From an uncultured candidate division Zixibacteria bacterium (GTDB lineage: Bacteria; Zixibacteria; MSB-5A5; GN15; FEB-12), in NCBI GenBank assembly GCA_963806185.1, contig CAWDXE010000004.1, positions 416,001 through 480,000 of the forward strand: a stretch of DNA of 64,000 bases, in the 5' to 3' direction. Below are positions 49,431 through 58,637 of this stretch, in pieces. The first letter of the stretch is position 1; every line of letters begins with the position of its first letter. The notes beneath the pieces were generated by a model that saw only the letters and a program-made list of their open reading frames with translations, was not told the DNA's origin and ran no database searches. Made by a program: the position numbers and the translations under genes.

Positions 49431-49550
49431 CGAGTCTTTGCCCTAAGATAATGGACACAAACGACCTGTCAATTCTTATCTTGTTGTGCCCAAAAGAATT
49501 ATGTCTACTTAACCGAACCAATACCTGTCCCTTTCCGTCAATTATTGCTA

Positions 49551-49577
49551 TTATCGGGTAAAGGTAGGAAGCTTTGA
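49551..49577 (-). promoter_or_regulatory. sigma28-like promoter of the S8-dockerin gene
   Basis: TCAA-N15-CCCGATAA. Confidence 0.45.
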
Positions 49578-49581
49578 TTGT

Positions 49582-50055
49582 ATGCCCAGGAATTTCTGGC
49601 TTTTCAAGACTGAACCAAGTGTCTATTCAATTGACCACCTCCGCGCTTTGCCGGGTCAATCAACCGCCTGGGAGGGGGTGAGGAACTACCAGGCACGAAA
49701 TCTCATTCGCGATAAGGTCCATGTCGGTGACGGGGTTCTGTTCTACCATAGTAGTGCGGCCGTGCTTGGCGTTGCCGGAACCTGTACTGTTGTCCGGAAT
49801 GCCTATCCCGACCTGTCGGCGAGCCAACCTCAGAGTCCGTACTTCGACCCGAAGCATACCGATGAGCGGCCGATATGGTATGTCGTCGACGTACAATTGG
49901 TCGAGCGATTCGACAGAATTCTCACCTTAGCGGAACTGAAGTCGACCCGCGGTCTGGAAGAGATGATGGTCTGCCGGCGAGGTGCCAGGTTATCAATTCA
50001 GCCTGTTCGCCCCGAGGAGTGGAAGCTCATCCTAAGACTAGCCGGGAAGAGGTGA
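49582..50055 (+). CDS. EVE domain protein
   Basis: WLFKTEP, WEGVRNYQARN, FYHS, RLSIQPV. Confidence 0.92.
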   Translation: MPRNFWLFKTEPSVYSIDHLRALPGQSTAWEGVRNYQARNLIRDKVHVGDGVLFYHSSAAVLGVAGTCTVVRNAYPDLSASQPQSPYFDPKHTDERPIWYVVDVQLVERFDRILTLAELKSTRGLEEMMVCRRGARLSIQPVRPEEWKLILRLAGKR

Positions 50056-50060
50056 AAACA

Positions 50061-52640
50061 CTACCTGACCAGGAGCATTTTTCTCGAAAGCGTTCCTGAG
50101 TCTGCGGTGAGCTGGTAGAGGTAGATGCCGCTGGACACCTGCTGACCGAAATCATCTCGTCCGTCCCACGTGATCGCACAGGGCCCGGCCGGCCGGGTCG
50201 ACTCTATGAGTTGACGAACCCGCTGACCTCGCGCATTAAATACGGCCAGACGAACTGAACTCTTTGTCGGCAGCTCAAAAGTGATGACGGTAGACGGATT
50301 GAACGGATTTGGATAGTTCTGGTTCAGTTCAAGCCGGGTGGGGAGATGCTCACCGCCCGTTTCTTCAGCGCTTGTAGCGCTCTCGACAATCTGGTTGGCG
50401 GAGAATTCCGAGCTGTTGCCGTTCAGGTCAGTGGCAACCGCAGTCAGAGTATCGCCTTCTACAACGTTAGTGAGCGTTACCGAATAGGCGCCTGTGTTAT
50501 CCGCATATGTCGAGGCTACCCATAACCTGCCCTCACCTTTGCCGCCCGGGTCGGGGGAGGCGAGATATACGTCGATCAACGCCATCGGCGCCGAAGTCCC
50601 GCGCGCTTCGGTTGCGGTTGTGCTGGCAATAGTGGGGGCCGGCATGCTGCGCTGTGCCCTGTCCCGTGTGACAATACCCAGCGAATCATTCCCGAGAATC
50701 TCATTGTAACGGATCAGCACGGCATAGCTCTCGGCTCCGGAGACCACTATGCCGTGCCCGCGATTGAACGCAATGCGATTTCCGCACTCGGCCCGGTCGC
50801 CGCCGATACTACAATTGCGCGCACCGTCTGTCACGCAAATACCAATTCCCCTATTCGGAATCTTGAGATTGCCGTCGTAACCGACTCCGACATAATTGCC
50901 CTGGATGATATTGTCGCTCGTTCCCGCGCCGAACAGGTGAATTCCTCTGCCAAACTCGGCCACGACCGTATCAGTGCCGTTTCCGGAAATAACATTCCGT
51001 TCCGGTGCCGTGGTGCCGCCGATCAAATTGTGACGGGCCCCGTTTCCGATCGCGACACCGGTCGATTGATTCCTCATGCGTGCGCTGGCCGTCACGTCGA
51101 GTCCGATAACATTTCCGCTGACTCGATTATAAGTCGTCCCTTCATCAGAGATGAAGACACCGACCCCAAGCGGAAACACGTCGTCGCGATTGCCCGAGAT
51201 TGTGTTGCCGCTCCCCGCGAGGCTTCCACCGATCAGATTGTGAGAAGCACCGTTGAAAATTCCCACGCCGGCGGCATTCGAAATCGGCGAGGCTCCATTC
51301 ATCGAGGGTCCAATCATATTTCCAGAAACTGCATTGTCATCGGTGCCGGGATCGGTCAACCGGACGCCGTATCCTGCATTGCCGCTGATGACGTTCATCT
51401 CACTGGAGGCGGTCCCGCCGATCTGTGTATGTGACGCCCCGTTGCTGACCGTAATCCCGTCACCCTCAATCCAGCCATTGTATCGGTAGCCGAAACCCGT
51501 TCGATCGCTGCCGACATAGTTGTTCGTAATCGTCGTGAACATCGTGCCCGAACCGCTGACAAGAATGCCGGACAGCCCGTTGCCGGATACAATGTTGCGG
51601 GACGATGGCTCAGCCGTCCCCACCTGGGTATATTGAGCGCCGTTGGTGATGACAATGCCGTGCCCCATGTTGGGTGCGAGCAGATTTCCCGAGGCCTGCA
51701 ATCCGATAATGTTGCCCAGGAGCTGAGTCGAATCGGTTCCCGATCCTTCGATGACGATGCCATCTCCGGAATTATACGAGACGACATTGCCTTCGCCGGT
51801 ATTCGGCCCGCCAATAATCGTACCGCGCGCCCCGGCAACTATGTGGATTCCCCCGAGTAGATTCCCAGGTCCATTCGTACCGCTCAAATCCGGACCGATA
51901 CGATTGCCGGCGACAGTGTTGGCGTTTCCGCGATCGATCTCGACCCCCCATGTGAGATTACCGCTGATCAGATTCGGTTTGCCTGAACCGCCAATGTTAT
52001 TGTGATGCGCCCCTTCCGAAACTCGAACTCCAATCTGATTTCCGTCGACAAATGTCCCCGGTACTCCGATGCCGATCCAGTTGTTCGTGAGAGCGTTGCC
52101 CGACGCCCCCTGGCCGGTAATCAGAATCGCCCCGCCGTCCGATACCTCCGTGCCGTTTTTCAGGAAGATACAACTATCGATCACGTTGTCCCGGCCGGTG
52201 ATCACAATGCCGTACCGTCGAGCTCGATGCACCGAAAATCCCGTGATGCCGTTGTCATCCCCGGCGAGGCCGATCGCAGACTCATACATTGCCAGTTCCA
52301 GCGCATCGATCACCGTCCCTTCACCGTGGATCGTCGTGCTGTCGCCGACTACGGTGAGCCTGCCGAGGGTGAGCTTGATCGTCGCGATATCCGCCCGACA
52401 GTAGATTGTATCTACAGCGGGGTTGGCATCGGCCTCCTCGATGGCTGCGCGAAGAGTACAATGTCCCGCCGCGTCTTCACACACGCCGTCCCCGACGACA
52501 TCATCATGAGTGTCATCGCTGGAATTTATCTCGAAACGCGCCGACCGTGCGGAATCGGCGAAAATGGTCGCGCAAACGAGCAGCCATGCACAGTAACGGA
52601 GAACCGCGCAGGTGAGGAATTGGCGGCGAGGAGTTGTCAT
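50061..52640 (-). CDS. CSLREA-domain parallel beta-helix protein with T9SS/FlgD-type CTD
   Basis: CTLRAAIEEA; repeated NxIGG...NxISGN; NYPNPFNP...SGIYLYQL...RKMLLVR. Confidence 0.85.
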   Translation of the reverse strand: MTTPRRQFLTCAVLRYCAWLLVCATIFADSARSARFEINSSDDTHDDVVGDGVCEDAAGHCTLRAAIEEADANPAVDTIYCRADIATIKLTLGRLTVVGDSTTIHGEGTVIDALELAMYESAIGLAGDDNGITGFSVHRARRYGIVITGRDNVIDSCIFLKNGTEVSDGGAILITGQGASGNALTNNWIGIGVPGTFVDGNQIGVRVSEGAHHNNIGGSGKPNLISGNLTWGVEIDRGNANTVAGNRIGPDLSGTNGPGNLLGGIHIVAGARGTIIGGPNTGEGNVVSYNSGDGIVIEGSGTDSTQLLGNIIGLQASGNLLAPNMGHGIVITNGAQYTQVGTAEPSSRNIVSGNGLSGILVSGSGTMFTTITNNYVGSDRTGFGYRYNGWIEGDGITVSNGASHTQIGGTASSEMNVISGNAGYGVRLTDPGTDDNAVSGNMIGPSMNGASPISNAAGVGIFNGASHNLIGGSLAGSGNTISGNRDDVFPLGVGVFISDEGTTYNRVSGNVIGLDVTASARMRNQSTGVAIGNGARHNLIGGTTAPERNVISGNGTDTVVAEFGRGIHLFGAGTSDNIIQGNYVGVGYDGNLKIPNRGIGICVTDGARNCSIGGDRAECGNRIAFNRGHGIVVSGAESYAVLIRYNEILGNDSLGIVTRDRAQRSMPAPTIASTTATEARGTSAPMALIDVYLASPDPGGKGEGRLWVASTYADNTGAYSVTLTNVVEGDTLTAVATDLNGNSSEFSANQIVESATSAEETGGEHLPTRLELNQNYPNPFNPSTVITFELPTKSSVRLAVFNARGQRVRQLIESTRPAGPCAITWDGRDDFGQQVSSGIYLYQLTADSGTLSRKMLLVR

Positions 52641-54787
52641 TTCAACAAAAGCATCTTTCGCGTAACCGCCTGGCCCCCAGATTCCAGGCGATAGAAATAT
52701 ATGCCGGTCGCAACCGGACGTGAGAACTGATCCATACCATGCCAGAAAGAAGTGTGAGCCCCGGCCGTCTGCGGTCCGTCAACCAATCGCGCCACCTCCT
52801 GCCCCAACAGGTTCAGGATCGACAGCGACACGGTACCGTCTGAAGGAAGAACGTAGTCGATGGTCGTCGAGGGGTTGAACGGATTTGGATAGTTCGGAGC
52901 CAACACGATTTGAGACGGGAGGGATGACGAATGATCATTCGTCTCCGTCGGGATGCGCAGATCATAAACGTTGAGGGTGTGACCACCCGAAGTAAAGAGA
53001 AGGTCATTCACGGCCACCAACATTGTGCCGGCCCGACCACCTCTATCGAGCAATAGCGGTAGCTGGTCGTCCCCGGGGGCGGGACGTTCAAAGATGCCGA
53101 TACCCTCGTCGCCGATGCTGTACATCCGGTCCGATCCGAAGGCCACCTGACGGATATCGAGCGGAGGAAGTTCTGTGTGTATCGGTACGTCCGCAGCCGA
53201 GAGATCCACAGTAGCCACGCGATCGCCCGAAAGCGCATAAAGGTACTTGGTGACATCGTCGTAGACGAGTGAAGTAACATTGCGCGCCACTCCCCAGGTC
53301 GCCTTGTTTTCCAGCCCATCGTTTGAGTTCCGGCGGTAGATGTACAGCTGACCCTTGTTGGTGGCCACCGCCACCCACTCTCGGGCACACACCGCGGCCG
53401 TGATGATTCCTTGCACAATGATGTTCGCCAATGGCTCGATCAACAAGGTATCCGATAACGAATACAGCGTGGCTCGAGTCCCGCCCCAGGTGAGCACAGT
53501 GTACTTGTCGTTGACGGAAAACTGATTTGCGGCGAACCCTTTCACCTTGGTTGTGTCGACGTCCAGATAGTTATCCAGGAACAGCGAATCGAATTGATAC
53601 CGGGAGAGGAAGATGGCCCCAACCGTGGGGAAGAAGCACAAAAGTCGCCCCATACTGTTGTCAAGTGAGGTGGCGCTTTTAAGCGGGACAAATAGTGACG
53701 TGTCCAGTTCCGGTTCACCGGTTGGGCCGACCGCGTAGATTTCAACCGGCCGACCGATCTGGCTCACATACAAACGATTATCAAAAAACTCGAGGTCTGT
53801 AATCGTCTGCGGCCCGGCATACGCCGGCTTCGGAGTGGTCGAAATATAAATCTGGTCCAGAGCCAGGTGTTGCAGGAAACCGCGATAATCGGAATAGAGC
53901 AGAACAATCGAGGTACCGGCCGCGAACATGTCCGGTTGGCCGCTGGCGTTGAAGGAGCTCTCCACCGGCGCGTGTGTAACATGTCGATCCTTGCGACTCA
54001 CGATGTCCATTACCGGAGCGGCCGGATCAATCGCCACAACAAGCGAATCAATAGTCAGAATCACTCTGGGGGCGATCGACAACGCTATCGTATCGGCGGA
54101 AAAGTCAGGTCGGACAAGCAACAACTCTTTTCTTGCGGCCAGTCCGATGAGAATAGTCGTGTCGGTGATACAGAAGCGCGATGCTTGAAAGGGGATCCAG
54201 ACGACATCGCGCAATTCACCGAAATCCGCACCGGACACATCATAACGAAGTATGCCGTTATAATCGTCCAATACATACAGCGTATCAGCTCGACACTCGA
54301 CTTGAATTGCATGGATAGCGGAAAAGTCGGAGTCGGCCGCTTGCGGGTGGGCATATTGCGTGAGCCGATAACGCCGCACGCCCTCGAAGCCCATGGCGCA
54401 GTAAAGACTCTGGCCGTGAAGCGCAAAATCCGTGTAGGGAACGCCGATATCTATCTGCCCGGCCAGCGTCAGAGTCGGCAAATCACCGATGTTGATGACA
54501 TACAGCACGTCACTTTTTGTCCGCACCATCAACATATTCCCGAACCGCTTCAATTGAGTTGGCGCAGAATTGAGAAATAAGTGATCTATCTGGGCATACT
54601 GACCAGTGGTCGGATCGGCCAGGGCGAGTGCCAATCCATCGTCGGTCGTTCCGATGAGAAAGGAATCCACGACCAGCACACAGCGGAATGATCCCCAGAG
54701 CAGGCTGTAATCCGGATCCGTTGGCACGGCACCCTGAGAGCCGCTCACCGCACAGAGGCTGATCAATATGGCGACCAGGCCTTTCAT
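52637..54787 (-). CDS. Secreted probable beta-propeller protein with T9SS/FlgD-type CTD
   Basis: Signal peptide; LVIVD-like repeats; NYPNPFNP...TGIYFYRL...RKMLLLK; ATGA overlaps at both ends. Confidence 0.75.
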   Translation of the reverse strand: MKGLVAILISLCAVSGSQGAVPTDPDYSLLWGSFRCVLVVDSFLIGTTDDGLALALADPTTGQYAQIDHLFLNSAPTQLKRFGNMLMVRTKSDVLYVINIGDLPTLTLAGQIDIGVPYTDFALHGQSLYCAMGFEGVRRYRLTQYAHPQAADSDFSAIHAIQVECRADTLYVLDDYNGILRYDVSGADFGELRDVVWIPFQASRFCITDTTILIGLAARKELLLVRPDFSADTIALSIAPRVILTIDSLVVAIDPAAPVMDIVSRKDRHVTHAPVESSFNASGQPDMFAAGTSIVLLYSDYRGFLQHLALDQIYISTTPKPAYAGPQTITDLEFFDNRLYVSQIGRPVEIYAVGPTGEPELDTSLFVPLKSATSLDNSMGRLLCFFPTVGAIFLSRYQFDSLFLDNYLDVDTTKVKGFAANQFSVNDKYTVLTWGGTRATLYSLSDTLLIEPLANIIVQGIITAAVCAREWVAVATNKGQLYIYRRNSNDGLENKATWGVARNVTSLVYDDVTKYLYALSGDRVATVDLSAADVPIHTELPPLDIRQVAFGSDRMYSIGDEGIGIFERPAPGDDQLPLLLDRGGRAGTMLVAVNDLLFTSGGHTLNVYDLRIPTETNDHSSSLPSQIVLAPNYPNPFNPSTTIDYVLPSDGTVSLSILNLLGQEVARLVDGPQTAGAHTSFWHGMDQFSRPVATGIYFYRLESGGQAVTRKMLLLK

Positions 54788-57700
54788 TTGACCAGCACCA
54801 TCTTTCGTGCCGACGTGTAGCTGCCCGCCTGAAGTTGATAAAAGTATACACCGGAGGCGATAGACGACCCGTCGAGGGTCACCGTATAACTACCCGCGCT
54901 CCGTTCCTCATTGACAAGGCACTTCACCTGTTGTCCGAGGATGTTGAAGACGTCGAGCTTCACCATGGTTCGTCTCGGTACGGAAAAAGAAATGGCGGTC
55001 GTCGGGTTGAACGGATTGGGATAGTTCTGCTCCAGTGCAAAGGCAGCGGGGAGTGCGTCTCCGGGGTCGGGAGTGTCGGTGGGGATGGCCGGGTCAACGT
55101 ATTGGAGGCTGTTGCGCGTATCCATGAACAGCCGAGCGGCGTTCTTGCCGCCGTGTGACGGAGCATTGAAATTCCAGACGTACACCACACCGGATTCGCT
55201 GACCAGGACAAGTTCTACGAGCCCGTCGCCATCCATATCGTCAACGAGCGGCGTATACGGAGTCGAAAATACTCCCCTGGTTTCCGCGGGAGTCGCCACC
55301 GGCCACCCCGGCAGCAGGTTCATCTGGTGATCGAAAATGAAGATCTTTTCGGTGCCGGTGCCGGGCAGAATGTAACCCGACCGCATGATGAGTTCCGGTC
55401 GCCCATCGCCAGTGAGGTCGGCCGCGATCGGCGAACTCAGCGTCACACCAACGCGAATCGCCTCCCCAAATGGCCGGCCGCCTTTCACGACATATGGCGA
55501 TCCGTCCGCTCTGAATATGTACACCACTCCGACATCGTACTCAAAGAAGCTGCAGATGACCTCTGGCGACCCATCTCCATCCAGGTCCGCCGCGGTAGGA
55601 TAATTTCCTCTCCAACCGCCGACCTCCGGCAACTGGATCGGGAATCCGGGAACGGCGAACCGTCCCAGCGTCTTTGCCCAGATGGTTCGGACGCCAAGGG
55701 AGTCATAACCGGTGGTAACAATCTCAGGCAATTGGTCCTGCGTCAAGTCGACCAGGACGGTGCCGTAAACTCCGGAAGCTTCAATCTGTATCGGACTGGC
55801 CGCCTTGAAAGCCGGCTGCCCAGTGCGCGAATCATAGATCCCCACACCGCCGCGCGGGATGAGCGACGAATAGCTGGCGATGACTTCGTTGTAACCGTCG
55901 CCATTGAGATCCGCTGAGACGACGTTGTTTCCGCCCCAGAAGTATGATGGTGTCTCATACGGATTGATCGCCGCAAACCATCCCTCGAGTGAGTAAAAGT
56001 ATGGCTGCCCGTTAAACTGATAGGCACACACATTTCCGCTTCCATCCATGCACATAACCACCGAATCGGCCGTCGGGCTGAGACGTCCCACCGACACAGT
56101 GGCGTTTCCAAGGCCGCTGGATCCCATTTCCCGCATGATAGGCCAGCCCGCCGCCGAACTGCCGTCATACTTGATCGCCTCTATGGTCGCATCGGTGGCA
56201 ACGAGGATCTCATCGAGTCCGTCGTGATCCACATCATATATCGCCGCAACACCGCGACAGTCCAGGTCAAATAAGGTCGGAAACCCGGTGACCGGACTAC
56301 CGTCGCCGTGAAATACATTGATACCCTGCACCGTGCCGACAATAATCTCCTTAACGCCGTCGTGATCCAGATCGGCCACAACCGGACTAAGACATCCGCG
56401 CCCGGTCAAGGGCTGTGGCCATCCCGACGCAAAGGCGCTGTTGATGTGCACAACCACAGTGTCGGCCAGCGTCTCCGCGCCGTAGTAACCGGTCAGAACT
56501 ATGTCATAGTCTCCGCTGTCCAGTCCCGATGCTTCCCATGAAAAGGCCAGCGAATCGAAGTATTCCCCCGTGGACTGCATCAGCGTTGATTGCGTTGACG
56601 ACGCCGTGAAGTAGGATAACGTCGTCGAATCGATATCCGGACCATAGGCGGTAATGTATATCGGTATGTGGAAATTGAATTCCTGGCCACTGGTCGGTGC
56701 AACAATGAGCAACTGTCTGTTGGGCACATAGGTAAACGTTACCGTCGAATAGTTGCCCAGCGCATCCGTGACACGCAGAGTCACGTGGCCGGCTAGTTCA
56801 GGTTTCTCAAAAACTGTCGCCAACGAATCGACGGGCAGCGCCGCTCCCTCGGCGAGCGGCAACCAGGTTTCAGGAGCCGCGGCCGTCGAATATTCCAGCT
56901 TCCAGTAGCCCGCATATCCGTGAATTGCCGCCAGGCGGACTTGAGTCGCGCTGCCGTGACGGGATTGTTTGGTCGGCGAGACAATGGAAATCCCCCCGTC
57001 CTGCAGGAGATCCAAAGAACGGGCAATATTGAGATAGCCGCTGCCGGAAATCGTGTCGGGTCCCGGAAGATAGGAGCTGTCGTCGCGCGGATCGATCATG
57101 TCGGTAGCGCCCGCCTTCAGCACCGACTCCAGTCGACTGATGGACAGGTCGGGCCGGATTCCCAACACCAAGGCAGCAGCTCCGCATACAGTCGGTGCGG
57201 CCATCGACGTGCCATCTGACAGGTAATACAGCGAATCCGCTCCGATAATCCGCACGCCCGGTTCACCAGCTGCGGCGTACATGTCGGTCCCGGCGGCCCG
57301 CAGCGACAGGATGTCAAGTCCCGGCGCCACAATGTCAATGTGTGCTCCGAAAGTTGAGAAACTGGTCATAAATCCGCGCGAATCGCCGGCTCCAACTGTG
57401 AAGACACTCGGAATCGCCGCCGGATACCAGCGCGTATTGTCGCCGGTATTTCCGGCCGCTACGACTACCATGACGCCGTTGATCCGGGCAAACTCGACGG
57501 CATCGGACAGTATGACCGACTCGTACGGAGTGCCCCAGCTGATATTGATGATCTGAGCTCCGGCATTCACCGCGTAGACGATTCCGGCCGCCCCCACTGC
57601 GGTGGTAGCATTGGGTCGAATCTTGACGGCCATGATGCAGGCTTCCGGCGCCACGCCGACGATTCCCCGGCCGTTGGCCGCCGCGGCAATGATGCCCGCG

Positions 57701-58470
57701 ATATGCGTTCCGTGACCCGATATATCGGACGGATCATTGTCGCCAACAATATTGGTGATGGACGAAGTGTTGCCGGAGACGTCGTACCCCAGAGTATCGT
57801 CGACATAACCGTTGCGATCGTCGTCGATGCCGTTGCGCGGAATCTCGTCGGGATTCGACCAGAATTGACCTTGCAGCTCCGGATGGGTAGGGTCGACGCC
57901 GGTGTCAATATCGGCCACGACGACTCTGGTCGAAGCGGCCGGCGCTGATCCATAAAGCGGATACCGGCCGAGATCCATGCCGGCGACACCTGTTTTGAGA
58001 ATGAGCTTATCGTTATTCGTGCCCGGTTTTCGGTCGATGCCGAGATACTCCTGACCGCTGTTATGAAGATACCACTGATTCGTAAACAGCGAGTCGGTCG
58101 GCACATCGAAGAACTCGAGCCAGTACTCCGGCTCTACTACTTCCACGTTCGCCGGCCCCAGTCGGGTTCGCAGTTGCTCGGCAGTGAGGGAAGTGTCGGT
58201 CGAAACAAACCGATAGTATCGTTCCCAAATCTGACCGCCCAGCTTGGCATCGGTGACCGCCGTCGAGACTCGCTCCAGACTCTGGTTCGCCGTCAGGGAT
58301 TGGGTCACCACCTCGGCCCGAACACCTTCTACTAAACGCACCAAGTAGACCCCGGGGAGTCGTCCGCTTTGCGCCTGAGTTGGACCGTATAGAAGTGCGC
58401 CGAGTAGCACCAGAGAGAAGATAGGTATCATCGAATGAATTTGCTCGGCCGGCTTGCGTTTTTGCTGCAT
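54784..58470 (-). CDS. Secreted S8 subtilase with FG-GAP/VCBS repeats and T9SS-type CTD
   Basis: DIDTG / HGTHIAG / GTSMAAP; multiple ADLDGDG repeats; NYPNPFNP...RKMVLVK. Confidence 0.9.
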   Translation of the reverse strand: MQQKRKPAEQIHSMIPIFSLVLLGALLYGPTQAQSGRLPGVYLVRLVEGVRAEVVTQSLTANQSLERVSTAVTDAKLGGQIWERYYRFVSTDTSLTAEQLRTRLGPANVEVVEPEYWLEFFDVPTDSLFTNQWYLHNSGQEYLGIDRKPGTNNDKLILKTGVAGMDLGRYPLYGSAPAASTRVVVADIDTGVDPTHPELQGQFWSNPDEIPRNGIDDDRNGYVDDTLGYDVSGNTSSITNIVGDNDPSDISGHGTHIAGIIAAAANGRGIVGVAPEACIMAVKIRPNATTAVGAAGIVYAVNAGAQIINISWGTPYESVILSDAVEFARINGVMVVVAAGNTGDNTRWYPAAIPSVFTVGAGDSRGFMTSFSTFGAHIDIVAPGLDILSLRAAGTDMYAAAGEPGVRIIGADSLYYLSDGTSMAAPTVCGAAALVLGIRPDLSISRLESVLKAGATDMIDPRDDSSYLPGPDTISGSGYLNIARSLDLLQDGGISIVSPTKQSRHGSATQVRLAAIHGYAGYWKLEYSTAAAPETWLPLAEGAALPVDSLATVFEKPELAGHVTLRVTDALGNYSTVTFTYVPNRQLLIVAPTSGQEFNFHIPIYITAYGPDIDSTTLSYFTASSTQSTLMQSTGEYFDSLAFSWEASGLDSGDYDIVLTGYYGAETLADTVVVHINSAFASGWPQPLTGRGCLSPVVADLDHDGVKEIIVGTVQGINVFHGDGSPVTGFPTLFDLDCRGVAAIYDVDHDGLDEILVATDATIEAIKYDGSSAAGWPIMREMGSSGLGNATVSVGRLSPTADSVVMCMDGSGNVCAYQFNGQPYFYSLEGWFAAINPYETPSYFWGGNNVVSADLNGDGYNEVIASYSSLIPRGGVGIYDSRTGQPAFKAASPIQIEASGVYGTVLVDLTQDQLPEIVTTGYDSLGVRTIWAKTLGRFAVPGFPIQLPEVGGWRGNYPTAADLDGDGSPEVICSFFEYDVGVVYIFRADGSPYVVKGGRPFGEAIRVGVTLSSPIAADLTGDGRPELIMRSGYILPGTGTEKIFIFDHQMNLLPGWPVATPAETRGVFSTPYTPLVDDMDGDGLVELVLVSESGVVYVWNFNAPSHGGKNAARLFMDTRNSLQYVDPAIPTDTPDPGDALPAAFALEQNYPNPFNPTTAISFSVPRRTMVKLDVFNILGQQVKCLVNEERSAGSYTVTLDGSSIASGVYFYQLQAGSYTSARKMVLVK

Positions 58471-58498
58471 ACGCCCTTCCAGTGTCTATGTCTGATCA

Positions 58499-58527
58499 TA
58501 GACGCGGCAACAGGGCCATTTGTCCAA
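58499..58527 (-). promoter_or_regulatory. ECF-like promoter motif
   Basis: TTGGAC-N17-CGTCTA. Confidence 0.4.
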
Positions 58528-58637
58528 GCTCGTCTTGGCCTGAAATTTGGACCAAATCGCCAAATGCAATCGGCGTGGGGAATCTATTTCCGTCCGGATC
58601 AGGCGGGTAACCCAACAGGGATACCCGCCGATCACAC

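Noticed and set aside
49582..50055. EVE protein as part of a modification-dependent defence system
   Set aside because: Stand-alone EVE with no adjacent nuclease, toxin or methylase
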